Positions 1 through 31,800 of a DNA stretch of 64,000 bases are shown here, piece by piece (the stretch's first letter is position 1; every line of letters begins with the position of its first letter). The translations under genes were made by a program, and so were the position numbers. A model generated the notes under the pieces. The model searched no databases. It saw only the letters and a program-made list of their open reading frames with translations, and had not been told where the DNA came from. Origin of the DNA: Macrostomum lignano (lineage: Eukaryota). Where the stretch lies: the NCBI GenBank assembly GCA_002269645.1, contig NIVC01000630.1:438122-502121 (forward strand), given 5' to 3'.

Positions 1-1170
1 TGATATCCTTCAGGACCTTCAGTAGGTCATGGATATCCTTCAGAAACCTTCAATAGGTCATGGATATCCTTCAGAAACCTTCATTAGGTCACTGATATCC
101 TTCAGAAACCTTCATTAGGTCACTGATATCCTTCAGAAACCTTCATTAGGTCACTGATATCCTTCAGGACCTTCAATAGGTCTTGGATATCCTTCAGAAA
201 CCTTCATTAGGTCACTGATATCCTTCAGAAACCTTCATTAGGTCACTGATATCCTTCAGAAACCTTCATTAGGTCACTGATATCCTTCAGAAATCTTCAT
301 TAGGTCACTGATATCCTTCAGAAATCTTCATTAGGTCACTGATATCCTTCAGAAACCTTCATTAGGTCACTGATATCCTTCAGAAATCTTCATTAGGTCA
401 CTGATATCCTTCAGAAACCTTCATTAGGTCACTGATATCCTTCAGAAACCTTCATTAGGTCACTGATATCCTTCAGAAACCTTCATTAGGTCACTGATAT
501 CCTTCAGAAACCTTCATTAGGTCACTGATATCCTTCAGAAACCTTCATTAGGTCACTGATATCCTTCAGAAACCTTCATTAGGTCACTGATATCCTTCAG
601 AAACCTTCATTAGGTCACTGATATCCTTCAGAAACCTTCATTAGGTCACTGATATCCTTCAGAAACCTTCATTAGGTCACTGATATCCTTCAGAAACCTT
701 CATTAGGTCACTGATATCCTTCAGAAACCTTCATTAGGTCACTGATATCCTTCAGAAACCTTCATTAGGTCACTGATATCCTTCAGAAATCTTCATTAGG
801 TCACTGATATCCTTCAGAAACCTTCATTAGGTCACTGATATCCTTCAGAAATCTTCATTAGGTCACTGATATCCTTCAGAAACCTTCATTAGGTCACTGA
901 TATCCTTCAGAAACCTTCATTAGGTCACTGATATCCTTCAGAAACCTTCATTAGGTCACTGATATCCTTCAGAAACCTTCATTAGGTCACTGATATCCTT
1001 CAGAAACCTTCATTAGGTCACTGATATCCTTCAGAAACCTTCATTAGGTCACTGATATCCTTCAGAAACCTTCATTAGGTCACTGATATCCTTCAGAAAC
1101 CTTCATTAGGTCACTGATATCCTTAGACCTTCAGCAAGTCACTGATATCCTTCAGACCTTCAGTAGGTTA
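1..1170. repeat. 31-bp minisatellite (CACTGATATCCTTCAGAAACCTTCATTAGGT), about 37 copies, runs off the window start
   Basis: Period 31 read directly (ACTGATATCC at 91 and 122); homogeneous centre, degenerate edges; begins about 130 bp past the stop codon of the PTB gene. Confidence 0.95.
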
Positions 1171-1300
1171 CTGATCGACCACTAACTCATGACTGCATCA
1201 TATGTTAACAGATACAGACTGTTTACATATTCTACTGTAGGTAAGTCCGCAAACATAATTAGAGTCGAGCAATGTGAAGATCGGGAGCCATTCGATTTCT

Positions 1301-7502
<6,202 letters not shown>

Positions 7503-8289
7503 CTTTTGAGTTCCTTGAAGCTGCTGTTGCTGCTGCTTGGCTTTGGATCTGCCCAGAAGACTGAAGCTCAATTGAAACTGAAATGTTTCACAGAGTGCGG
7601 TGGGATTATTGAGTGGCAGGATGGGATCAAGAAGCTACATGGTGGTGTACAGCGGTCCTTTGACTTTCAACTCGTCAAGAAGGTACATTCCCTGTGCCTT
7701 GAGGTTTGGACCCAATTTTCGTTTACCAACAGCAACTCCAAATGAATAATGTGTTTCATTCAGAAGTAATCAATACTTCAAGGCAGTATGAGTTAATGCC
7801 AAGTAGCTACAGAACTGCAGAACTTACCAATAGTAGATGTTCTGTAGCGAGATATGCTTTAAGAATTGTAGCTTAAGTCGGGATTCAGCCTTGCTGATGC
7901 GGCTTTCACCTGCTTATTATGTTAAGTATCTAAAACTTCGGTAGATATTTTCTCACGAGTGCCAGCGGGGTGTCGTCTTGAACGTACGGCATTCACCCTA
8001 CAGTATTATATTCTTCTGTGCAAAGCATCTGGCAATGTTCATAGCAGTGTGACTGTCTGTCTCTTCTATCCAAGTGCCCCAAGTACAAAAGACAGCATCA
8101 CACATTTTATTGGGCGGGCCGTGATGTTTGAAAATTACCAACTTGGTTTGGAAACCATTTGATGTGTAGAAACTTTGTTTTATAAACAGAACAGCTGATA
8201 GTTTTATAGCGAAATAGACAGTTTTATTCTGTAAAATTTTGGCTGCAATTCAGACTGGAGCAGGGTCAGGATTGCTCATTGTGATGGGG

Positions 8290-8970
8290 CTCTATAGGGC
8301 GAGAGGAAGCGAGGGCAGAGGAAGACAGGAGAGAGGGAGAGAGGGAGAGAGGAGAGAAGAGAGAGGGGAGAGGAGAGAAGGAGAGAGGAGAGAGGAGAGA
8401 GGGATCAGAGAGAGGGAGAGAGGGAGAGAGGGAGAGAGGAGAGAAGAGAGAGGGGAGAGGAGAGAAGGAGAGAGGAGAGAGGAGAGAGGGATCAGAGAGA
8501 GGGAGAGAGGGAGAGAGGGAGAGAGGAGAGAAGAGAGAGGGGAGAGGAGAGAGGGAGAGAGGAGAGAGGAGAGAAGAGAGAGGGGAGAGGAGAGAGGGAG
8601 AGAGGGAGAGAGGAGAGAAGAGAGAGGGGAGAGGAGAGAGGGAGAGAGGGAGAGAGGGATGGAGGGAGAGAGGAGAGAGGAGAGAGGAGAGAGAAATCAG
8701 AGAGAGGGAGAGAGGGAGAGAGGAGAGAAAGAGAGGAGAGAAAGAGAGGGGAGAGAGGAGAGAAAGAGAGGAGAGAAAGAGAGGGGAGAGGAAGAGAGGG
8801 GAGAGGAAGAGAGGGGAGAGGAAGAGAGGGGAGAGGAGAGAGGAGAGAGGGATCAGAGAGAGGGAGGGAGGGAGAGAGGAGAGAAAGAGAGGGGAGAGGA
8901 AGAGAGGGGAGAGGAAGAGAGGGGAGAGGAAGAGAGGGGAGAGGAAGAGAGGGGAGAGGAGAGAGTAAGG
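8290..8970. repeat. GA-rich polypurine degenerate tandem repeat
   Basis: Almost only G and A on the plus strand with repeated GGGATCAGAGAGAGGG blocks. Confidence 0.92.
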
Positions 8971-9570
8971 GAGATTTGGTAAGTAGGATATCAGCCGCTG
9001 GTAAACTGCCATCATTTTCATAGAAAAGAAAACAAAGAATTTATAGATCTCATACAGAATTATTCTCATCTCCCCAGCCCAGATGCTGTGTACCCGATGT
9101 GCCCCATGGCCTGCAGTTGTCAGACAGACAATCTGAAATCTGCATGCAGAGCAGGAATGTGCGTTATTTAAGTTTTTAAAACAAAAGACAAACCACTTGC
9201 AGCCCCCCCCCCCAGCGCTGCCGTAGGTCGGGTCGTCATGGTACTTTGTGACAACACATCTGAGTAGCCGCGGCTAACTCCGAGAAGCGTCATCGCGCTC
9301 TGGCTTGTTGTAAAACTTTTTATTATTATTTAATAAAACACAATCCTTAGTTGACTAAATTATTGATCTATAAACTCCACAGTCAGAGCACTCTGTGCAA
9401 TCTTCATCATCCCGCTTCCAAACTAAGTGCGCTTGCTGATCTTTTGGCTAAGAGAGAATTGGCGAAATTCTGCACCGAGTCGATGAGTAACTGGATGCCC
9501 GGCATCATTTTCCGGTTGGATGGACCGCCTGCTCAGGGCCCCTTGTCTGGTCTGGATATGGGTTATCGAT

Positions 9571-10045
<475 letters not shown>

Positions 10046-11206
10046 AAGCTAGAGAAACTCACCGGCATATTACCAATGCTTCCAATATCTGACCAAGTAA
10101 AGCCGCTCAGGTCCAGTAGGTCAGCTCACACAGAGCAGTGAGTAATCAGTGTGTCCACAACTGCAAAGAACGTATTTCCATACACTTATTGAACGCTACG
10201 AAACAAATTCTTTCTTAAAGAACTGGTCGCATAGCTTACTGCTGGGTTGTGTAGAAGTTTATTATAATCTTATCAAACCGAAGCCGCATAGCAGCCCAGC
10301 CACATACGTGCACACGCAAAAGCTACATTGCTAATAGTTAGTTATATTAGCTAAAGCGCTCGGCCACACCCGCCTTCTCCCCTGGATCAGCCAACCAGAA
10401 GCTGCGTCCGCGGCCCCCAACTGTCCTGTCCGGTCCAACCCAGTCAGTGTACCGCATGTGCACGTTGTGCGGCCAATGTTTATGGAAGTTTGAGAAAAGA
10501 CACAAACCTTGAGCAGTTGCTACAGATTGTGAAGTTTGAAGGAACCAAACAGCCGGACAGAGAGGCTTCGGCTTCGGTGTACAGGCGTGTACAGTGTGTC
10601 AGTGTGAATTCAGTGTCCGCAAAGGCAGCTAAACCTACCAAAAAAGCAGACAACCCGTGCAGGAACCGAGCCCTAGCTGGGGAACGAAATTTTTTTAAAA
10701 AGCCGCAACATGCAGACATGCACTCTTGCTATCTACTTCACTGTGCCTAAAGTACACATCTATAGTGTAACAATATTTTAATGGTGAACCCCCCCCCCAT
10801 TTCAAGCATTCAGAGTCGAGTACTTTAGTCGGCTAATCTGCTCACAACTGTAGTCACGAGAGTAATCTAGTATTAGTGGCTTTTCCTCAGCTCGGGGTTA
10901 GGGCCAATCCTGCTGAAGCCATATGCGCTATTGGGCGTTGGCCATGAGCGAGACGGACACGTTATCTCATCCTGTTTAATCCCTGTGACTGCATGCAGGA
11001 ACAGTTCATAATGGGAATATTTAGGAGATCTGGAAAGATAAGGGCAGACCTAGAAGGGCGTTTCCTGGCTCTGTCCGCTAAAGGGACTGACTGCGATTAG
11101 ATGGGCGGCCTTCTGGCTGTCAGTTTTAATATAATCATTATTTCTATGAGACTAATTCAATCAGCTAGATAAACACTATTTAAGCTAAGAAACGTAATAG
11201 AAAACA

Positions 11207-11841
<635 letters not shown>

Positions 11842-12924
11842 AACAAAAAATTTAGATGCATATTTGCAAAAGAATTTTCTTTTGCCATTTTGCGTCGCAT
11901 TGTTGTGTGATTCGAGCCAGCTGGTTTTGGTTACAAATTTCTTTTGAAGCTAAAAGCCAAATATAGATTACATAATCAGCTGATATTCCGACATTCATTT
12001 AAGCTTAGTAACTAGAAATTTTCGGTCCCTAGCTTGCAAATAATCGCAGCTGTAAATGACGCACGGCAGATAAATTTTGGAAGGCATTTTTCCAGAGAAT
12101 TAATTGACAGGTAAGTCAGGTGTAACTAGAAGCGTCGTGGTCACCCAATCTCAACTAGTTCTAACACTAGGGCCCCTTCTTTTATCACACTCTTATACGC
12201 GAAAGCAGATTCTGCAGCAATTAGTCTTTGGCAAGCTGCAACGCGAAGTTTCGTCACTCGCGCTTCCCACCCACCCCCCTCCCCTCCCGCCCGGTTCCTG
12301 ACGAGTGAGTCACCGACACAGTCTGCAACTGGCCTTCTTGCTTCAGCTGCCAGCCTGTAGCTTGTCAGTTCTGTTTCACAAGCTGGGAGTGCGACAGATC
12401 TGCTATGCGTCGGATTTTATGAAAATCTGTCCATTCGGCAGACTATACGCACTCAAACACACGCTCACGCAGGGTGTACTTTCGAATCGTCAATGCATGT
12501 ACACTCTCGTGTCTGTGAACAGCAAGACAACCCCCTACGGGCCGCCAATTTTCGAGCACACAAACCCAACGGAATCAAACCAGAGGAATAAGGCTGCTCT
12601 GTCATACTGAAGCTATGAAGTCTGAAAATTCCTGGGACTGAAGGACACCCGCCGTTGCTTAGTCACTCGGAGGCAAAGTTGATTGCATGGCGCTGACACC
12701 GCGATAGTCATGCTGGCAGAGGCGCAGCTGCCGCGCCTGTCTGCTGTTCGTCTTTCTGTCGGGCTTGGGCTGAGGTCGAACTGTATCGATTGAAAATAGC
12801 AGCAACCTGGCTTCCTTGTTTTGGAGCGGGGAGCGGGGAGGGGACCAGCTATTGGACAGAGAAGTTGCTGAACTTGGTGCTAGGCTTTCTGTCTGTTGTC
12901 TCTGTGTGCTCCCACTCTCCCCAT

Positions 12925-13400
12925 TTCTCCTTCTCCCTGTCCCTCTCCGTCTCACCTTCTGCTTATATCACTCCCTCTCCCTCTCCTCTTCTCAACCTCC
13001 CCCCTCCACACCCTCCCTCTACCTCTCCTCTTCATTCCTTTCATCTACCTCTCCTTTTCTCACCCTCCCTCTCCCTCTCCTCTTCTCACTCTCTCCCCTC
13101 CACACCCTCCCTCTCCCTCTCCTCTTCTCACCCTCTCTCTTCCCTCCACCACCATCCCTCTACTTCTCCTTTTCTAACCCTCCCTCTACCTCTCCTCTAC
13201 TCACTCTCCCTCTCCCCTCTTTTCACCCCCCTCTCCTCTTCTCACCCTCTCCTCTTCTCACCCTCTCCTCTTCTCACCCTCTCCTCTTCTCACCCTCTCC
13301 TCTTCTCACCCTCTCCTCTTCTCACCCTCTGTCTCTCCCTCCTCTTTTCATCCTCCCTCTACCTCTCCTCTTCTCACCCTCTCTCTCCCTCCCTCTTCTC
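12925..13400. repeat. CT-rich polypyrimidine degenerate repeat (CTCTCCTCTTCTCACC-like)
   Basis: Direct reading. Confidence 0.88.
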
Positions 13401-13857
13401 GTTTCCCATCATCCTTTCCTGCTTCTATTATTTAAAAAGTTCACTTTTTGAATTAAAGATACATAATAAACAAAAAGCTCGCGAACTGAATGATCCCGAA
13501 AATTTCATCCTTACTTTTATTAATGTACGAGCGGAATATTGCAAAAACATAACGAACGGACTGGAGATTATAGTTATAAAATGTCTTTAAACTACTTGTG
13601 CGTCTACTAATAGTAAAAAAGTCAATAAATAATTCCGTTTTTATTTTTTTAAAGTCGTTATCAACACAGTTATAAAAATGGCGTTGTGCAAGCATCCATT
13701 GGAGGAAGCATACGAATTTGAGTTGGTTTACAATATAAAACCGCCATGTTTAAAGGTTATATCTACTTTTTGTTAAAAAAATAACTGAAAAACATCTAGA
13801 ATAACGCAATAAATTGGGTTCATTCAAAGTATTTTTTAAAACCAATAAAAGCCTTTT

Positions 13858-24155
<10,298 letters not shown>

Positions 24156-24384
24156 GCTGGAGCTTGGGGAATTTCAAAGCTGAGGCGCTGTCCGTTCGCC
24201 TGCAGCGTTTAGAAAGTGGATATTTTAGTCACTGTTATTTAGAAGATACATGTAAAATGTACGTACATTAAAATATTGAATGACTTGTGCAGGACAAGGG
24301 AAGAATATGAGAATAGCATGAAAAAAGATACTGAGAAAGAGTGAATAAGAAATTGAGGAAAACCCAAAAATGACAACAGGGATA

Positions 24385-27150
24385 CGAAGGGAGACTCAAG
24401 GGAGACACGAGAGACACTCAAGAGAGACACGAGGGAGACTCAAGAGAGACACGAGGGAGACTCAAGGGAGACACGAGGGAGACTCAAGGGAGACACGAGA
24501 GACACTCAAGAGAGACACGAGGGAGACTCAAGGGAGACACGAGGGAGACTCAAGAGAGACACGAGGGAGACTCAAGGGAGACACGAGAGACACTCAAGAG
24601 AGACACGAGGGAGACTCAAGGGAGACACGAGAGACACTCAAGAGAGACACGAGGGAGACTCAAGAGAGACACGAGGGAGACTCAAGGGAGACACGAGGGA
24701 GACTCAAGGGAGACACGAGAGACACTCAAGAGAGACACGAGGGAGACTCAAGGGAGACACGAGGGAGACTCAAGAGAGACACGAGGGAGACTCAAGGGAG
24801 ACACGAGAGACACTCAAGAGAGACACGAGGGAGACTCAAGGGAGACACGAGAGACACTCAAGAGAGACACGAGAGACACTCAAGAGAGACACAAGGGAGA
24901 CTCAAGAGAGACACAAGGGAGACTCAAGAGAGACACAAGGGAGACTCAAGAGAGACACAAGGGAGACTCAGAGAGACACGAGGGAGACTCAGAGAGACAC
25001 GAGGGAGACTCAGAGAGACACGAGGGAGACTCAGAGAGACATGAGGGAGACTCAGAGAGACACGAGGGAGACTCAGAGAGACACGAGGGAGACTCAAGAG
25101 AGACATTAGAAAAAGACTCAAGGGAGACACGAGGGAGACTCAAGGGAGACACGAGGGAGACTCAGAGAGACACGAGGGAGACTCAAGAGAGACACGAGGG
25201 AGACTCAGAGAGACACAAGGGAGACTCAAGAGAGACACAAGGGAGACTCAAGAGAGACACGAGGGAGACTCAGAGAGACACGAGGGAGACTCAGAGAGAC
25301 ATGAGGGAGACTCAGAGAGACACAAGGGAGACTCAAGAGAGACACGAGGGAGACTCAAGAGAGACACGAGGGAGACTCAAGAGAGACACGAGGGAGACTC
25401 AGAGAGACACGAGGGAGACTCAGAGAGACACGAGGGAGACTCAGAGAGACACGAGGGAGACTCAAGGGAGACACGAGAGACACTCAAGAGAGACACGAGG
25501 GAGACTCAAGGGAGACACGAGGGAGACTCAAGAGAGACACGAGGGAGACTCAAGGGAGACACGAGAGACACTCAAGAGAGACACGAGGGAGACTCAAGGG
25601 AGACACGAGAGACACTCAAGAGAGACACGAGGGAGACTCAAGAGAGACACAAGGGAGACTCAAGAGAGACACAAGGGAGACTCAAGAGAGACACAAGGGA
25701 GACTCAAGAGAGACACGAGGGAGACTCAGAGAGACACGAGGGAGACTCAGAGAGACACGAGGGAGACTCAGAGAGACACGAGGGAGACTCAGAGAGACAT
25801 GAGGGAGACTCAGAGAGACACGAGGGAGACTCAGAGAGACACGAGGGAGACTCAAGAGAGACATTAGAAAAAGACTCAAGGGAGACACGAGGGAGACTCA
25901 AGGGAGACACGAGGGAGACTCAAGGGAGACACGAGGGAGACTCAAGAGAGACACGAGGGAGACTCAGAGAGACACAAGGGAGACTCAAGAGAGACACAAG
26001 GGAGACTCAAGAGAGACACGAGGGAGACTCAGAGAGACACGAGGGAGACTCAGAGAGACATGAGGGAGACTCAGAGAGACACAAGGGAGACTCAAGAGAG
26101 ACACGAGGGAGACTCAAGAGAGACACGAGGGAGACTCAAGAGAGACACGAGGGAGACTCAGAGAGACACGAGGGAGACTCAGAGAGACACGAGGGAGACT
26201 CAGAGAGACACGAGGGAGACTCAGAGAGACACGAGGGAGACTCAAGGGAGACACGAGAGACACTCAAGAGAGACACGAGGGAGACTCAAGGGAGACACGA
26301 GGGAGACTCAAGAGAGACACGAGGGAGACTCAAGGGAGACACGAGAGACACTCAAGAGAGACACGAGGGAGACTCAAGAGAGACACGAGGGAGACTCAAG
26401 AGAGACACGAGGGAGACTCAAGAGAGACACAAGGGAGACTCAAGAGAGACACAAGGGAGACTCAGAGAGACACGAGGGAGACTCAGAGAGACACGAGGGA
26501 GACTCAAGAGAGACATTAGAAAAAGACTCAAGGGAGACACGAGGGAGACTCAAGAGAGACACGAGGGAGACTCAAGGGAGACACGAGGGAGACTCAGAGA
26601 GACACGAGGGAGACTCAGAGAGACACAAGGGAGACTCAAGAGAGACACAAGGGAGACTCAAGAGAGACACGAGGGAGACTCAGAGAGACACGAGGGAGAC
26701 TCAGAGAGACATGAGGGAGACTCAGAGAGACACAAGGGAGACTCAAGAGAGACACGAGGGAGACTCAAGAGAGACACGAGGGAGACTCAGAGAGACACGA
26801 GGGAGACTCAGAGAGACACGAGGGAGACTCAGAGAGACACGAGGGAGACTCAAGAGAGACACGAGGGAGACTCAGAGAGACACGAGGGAGACTCAGAGAG
26901 ACACGAGGGAGACTCAAGAGAGACACGAGGGAGACTCAAGAGAGACACGAGGGAGACTCAAGAGAGACACGAGGGAGACTCAGAGAGACACGAGGGAGAC
27001 TCAGAGAGACACGAGGGAGACTCAAGAGAGACACGAGGGAGACTCAGAGAGACACGAGGGAGATTCAGAGAGACACGAGGGAGACTCAGAGAGACACGAG
27101 AAAAAGACTCAAGGGAGACACGAGGGAGACTCAAGAGAGACATGAGAAAA
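24385..27150. repeat. 21/22-bp minisatellite (GAGGGAGACTCA[A]GAGAGACAC) with higher-order block duplications
   Basis: Rare marker ACATTAGAAAAAGAC at 25103, 25861 and 26513; the ORF track shows identical peptides offset by 758 bp. Confidence 0.96.
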
Positions 27151-27659
27151 AGACTCACAGACACGAGGGAGACTCCAGTTTATAAAGTTTAAATTGGATA
27201 CAAAAAGAAGCAAAGAATTCAATTGTCTCACCAAAGGTGCCGCAGCAAATATTTAAAAAATTTCCCTCAAGAAAAAGCTCAGCAAAGGATCGGCCAGCAA
27301 GTTGCCGGGCCCGCTTATCTATTAATACGAGGCCTTCAACCAATAGGAGAAGGATTTGCACCCACCATCTCAACTTATACTCAAGTATACAGACCAGCTC
27401 ACTGCTAAGCACGGAATCTTCCGATCCCATGCAGCCTCCTCACAAGGCGCAGTTCCTTCATCCGTGGAGTTGTCATGACAACGAATTGCTCAGTCAATGC
27501 GCGCTAAGTGCACTGATTATATTTCACCCTGTGGCTGCCAGGGAGTTCTTAAATTATAGATATCTGGACTGGCCACGCGCGTGGACTGTTAAACATAGAG
27601 TCGGTTTGGAAAACACGAATCGTCTGTTTAACCTGACTCGGACTGTTGGATGAGAAATA

Positions 27660-28825
27660 TGCAGAATCAGATTTGGCGCCCCCACAGAATCAGATTTGGC
27701 GCCCCGACCCCCACAGAATCAGATTTGGCGCCCCCACACAGAATCAGATTTGGCGCCCCCACACAGAATCAGATTTGGCGCCCCCACACAGAATCAGATT
27801 TGGCGCCCCCACAGAATCAGATTTGGCGCCCCGACCCCCACAGAATCAGATTTGGCGCCCCCACACAGAATCAGATTTGGCGCCCCCCATAGAATCAGAT
27901 TTGGCGCCCCCACACAGAATCAGATTTGGCGCCCCCCATAGAATCAGATTTGGCGCCCCCACCCCACAAAATCAGATTTGGCGCCCCCCCCCACAGAATC
28001 AGATTTGGCGCCCCCACAGAATCAGATTTGGCGCCCCCACAGAATCAGATTTGGCGCCCCGACCCCCACAGAATCAGATTTGGCGCCCCCACACAGAATC
28101 AGATTTGGCGCCACCATACAGAATCAGATTTGGCGCCCCCCACAGAATCAGATTTGGCGCCCCCCACAGAATCAGATTTGGCGCCCCCACACAGAATCAG
28201 ATTTGGCGCCCCCACACAGAATCAGATTTGGCGCCCCCACAGAATCAGATTTGGCGCCCCCCACAGAATCAGATCTGGCGCCCTCCACAGAATCAGATTT
28301 GGCGCCTTTCCCCCCCCCACAGAATCAGATTTGGCGCCCCGACCCCCACAGAATCAGATTTGGCGCCCCCACAGAATCAGATTTGGCGCCCCGACCCCCC
28401 ACAGAATCAGATTTGGCGCCCCCACACAGAATCAGATTTGGCGCGCCCCCACACAGAATCAGATTTGGCGCCCCCCCCCACAGAATCAGATTTGGCGCCC
28501 CCCACAGAATCAGATTTGGCGCCCTCCACAGAATCAGATTTGGCGCCTTTCCCCCCCCCCCCCCAGAATCAGATTTGGCGCCCCGACCCCCACAGAATCA
28601 GATTTGGCGCCCCCACAGAATCAGATTTGGCGCCCCGACCCCCCACAGAATCAGATTTGGCGCCCCCACACAGAATCAGATTTGGCGCCCCCCATAGAAT
28701 CAGATTTGGCGCCTCCACCCCACAGAATCAGATTTGGCGCCACCATACAGAATCAGATTTGGCGCCCCCCCACAGAATCAGATTTGGCGCCCCCACAGAA
28801 TCAGATTTGGCGCCACCATACAGAA
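27660..28825. repeat. About 20-26-bp minisatellite (CAGAATCAGATTTGGCGCCCC[C/AC]n), roughly 50 copies
   Basis: Constant 19-bp core with a variable C-rich linker. Confidence 0.96.
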
Positions 28826-28881
28826 TTCCCACACCGATTGCTATTTTATTATTATTAATTACAATCACCATAACTAGCGCC

Positions 28882-31800
28882 ATGGAAGCTTATTATCAAA
28901 GCAAGGCGGTTGTAAAACTCTGCATCAATATACACAGTAGCCTGTGCATACCAGCTGCTGATATTACTCTATTGAGTCTCCTCGACATGCCCTGAGCGAT
29001 CTGCTCTGCATTTCTATAGCTATTGAGACTTCTTGCTCAGCTCAGAAGAGAGGAAATTTTGCTTCACAATAAATTCTGTTTTGAGGCCAAGTTGGACTTT
29101 GTAGAGAGACAGACTGAAAAAAGGAAGCAGGAAGTATTGTTGGAAAGCGTGGGGTAGCTAAGATGGTTAATTGCATAAATTTTAAGGGCTATAGAAATAG
29201 TATGAGAACTTAAGACTCAAAGCTGAATGTTCTTGAGGGGCGCCAGATCTAGTTCTGAGGTTGTGGCGCCAGATCCATTTCTGAGGTTTTGGCGCCAGAT
29301 CCAGTTCTGAGGTTTTGGTGCCAGATCCAGTTCTGAGGTTTTGGTGCCAGATCTAGTTCTGAGGTTTTGGTGCCAGATCCAGTTCTGAGGTTGTGGAGCC
29401 AGATCTAGTTCTGAGGTTGTGGCGCCAGATCCATTTCTGAGGTTTTGGCGCCAGATCCAGTTCTGAGGTTTTGGTGCCAGATCCAGTTCTGAGGTTATGG
29501 CGCCAGATCTAGCTCAGAGGTTTTGGCGCCAGATCTAGTTCTGAGGTTGTGGAGCCAGATCTAGTTCTGAGGTTGTGGAGCCAGATCTAGTTCTGAGGTT
29601 GTGGCGCCAGATCCATTTCTGAGGTTTTGGCGCCAGATCCAGTTCTGAGGTTTTGGTGCCAGATCCAGTTCTGAGGTTATGGCGCCAGATCTAGCTCAGA
29701 GGTTTTGGCGCCAGATCTAGTTCTGAGGTTGTGGAGCCAGATCTAGTTCTGAGGTTGTGGAGCCAGATCTAGTTCTGAGGTTGTGGAGCCAGATCTAGTT
29801 CTGAGGTTTTGGCGCCAGATCTAGTTCTGAGGTTTTGGCGCCAGATCCAGTTCTGAGGTTGTGGCGCCAGATCTAGTTCTGAGGCGCCAAACACATGATA
29901 GTCATTTTCATAGAATTTATACTCTTGAGTCTTGATATGGGGCAGTAAATTTACCTGTATAGCAATACTCATGTACATGTACTCGTCATACATGTAACCA
30001 TGCATTATCCAATAAGTTTTTAGTACCTATTCATTGTACTTTCTTAAATTTTATATTTCCCAGCATCCGGATGCACGGAGTCCCCTGCAGCTGTAAGTCA
30101 TGGGAACTCGGGATAGACAGTAGGATGTCAGGATAGACAGTAGGATGTCAGGATAGACAGTGGGATGTCAGGATAGACAGTAGGATGACAGGATAGACAG
30201 TAGGATGACAGGATAGACAGTGGGATGTCAGGATAGACAGTAGGATGTCAGGATAGACAGTGGGATGTCAGGATAGACAGTAGGATGACAGGATAGACAG
30301 TAGGATGTCAGGATAGACAGTAGGATGTCAGGATAGACAGTGGGATGTCAGGATAGACAGTAGGATGACAGGATAGACAGTGGGATGTCAGGATAGACAG
30401 TAGGATGTCAGGATAGACAGTGGGATGTCAGGGTAGACAGTAGGATGTCAGGATAGACAGTGGGATGTCAGGATAGACAGTAGGATGACAGGATAGACAG
30501 TAGGATGTCAGGATAGACAGTAGGGTGTCCGGAAAGACATTCAGGATGTCAGGATAGACAGTAGGGTGTCAGGATGTCAGATACACAGTGGGATGTCAGG
30601 ATAGACAGTAGGAGGGTGTCAGGAAAGACAGTAGGGTGTCAGGAAAGACACTGGATGTCACTAAAGACATTAGGGTGTCAGGATAGACAGTAGGGTGTCA
30701 GTAAAAACACTGGGATGTCAGGATAGACAGTAGGGTGTCAGGATAGACAGTGGGATGTCAGGATAGACAGTAGGGTGTCAGGATAGACAGTAGGGTGTCA
30801 GTAAAGACACTGGGATGTTAGGATAGACAGTAGGGTGTCAGGATAGACAGTAGGAGGGTGTCAGGAAAGACAGTAGAGTTTCAGGATAGACAGTGGGATG
30901 TCAGGATAGACAGTAGGGTGTCAGGAAAGACACTGGGATGTCAGGATAGACAGTAGGGTGTCAGTAAAGACACTGGGATGTCAGGATAGACAGTAGGGTG
31001 TCAGGATAGACAGTAGGAGGGTGTCAGGAAAGACAGTAGAGTTTCAGGATAGACAGTGGGATGTCAGGATAGACAGTAGTGTGTCAGTAAAGACACTGGG
31101 ATGTCAGGATAGACAGTAGGGTGTCAGGATAGACAGTAGGAGGGTGTCAGGAAAGACAGTAGAGTTTCAGGATAGACAGTGGGATGTCAGGATAGACAGT
31201 AGGGTGTCAGGAAAGACACTGGGATGTCAGGATAGACAGTAGGGTGTCAGTAAAGACACTGGGATGTCAGGATAGACAGTAGGGTGTCAGGATAGACAGT
31301 AGGAGGGTGTCAGGAAAGACAGTAGAGTTTCAGGATAGACAGTGGGATGTCAGGATAGACAGTAGTGTGTCAGGATAGACAGTAGGAGGGTGTCAGGAAA
31401 GACAGTAGAGTTTCAGGATAGACAGTGGGATGTCAGGATAGACAGTAGTGTGTCAGTAAAGACACTGGGATGTCAGGATAGACAGTAGGGTGTCAGGATA
31501 GACAGTAGGAGGGTGTCAGGAAAGACAGTAGAGTTTCAGGATAGACAGTGGGATGTCAGGATAGACAGTAGGGTGTCAGGAAAGACACTGGGATGTCACT
31601 AAAGACATTAGGGTGTCAGGATAGACAGTAGGGTGTCAGTAAAAACACTGGGATGTCAGGATAGACAGTAGGGTGTCAGGATAGACAGTGGGATGTCAGG
31701 ATAGACAGTAGGGTGTCAGGATAGACAGTAGGGTGTCAGTAAAGACACTGGGATGTTAGGATAGACAGTAGGGTGTCAGGATAGACAGTAGGAGGGTGTC

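Noticed and set aside
10490-10750. Short plus-strand ORF faintly resembling a gag C-terminus
   Set aside because: No zinc knuckle and no adjacent retroelement domains; too weak to call.
12659-12785. Phase-compatible alternative last exon for the repeat-protein gene
   Set aside because: The nearer exon 13922-13858 completes the TPGGSRAIKDCL segment more plausibly; this one cannot be excluded as an alternative but has no further support.
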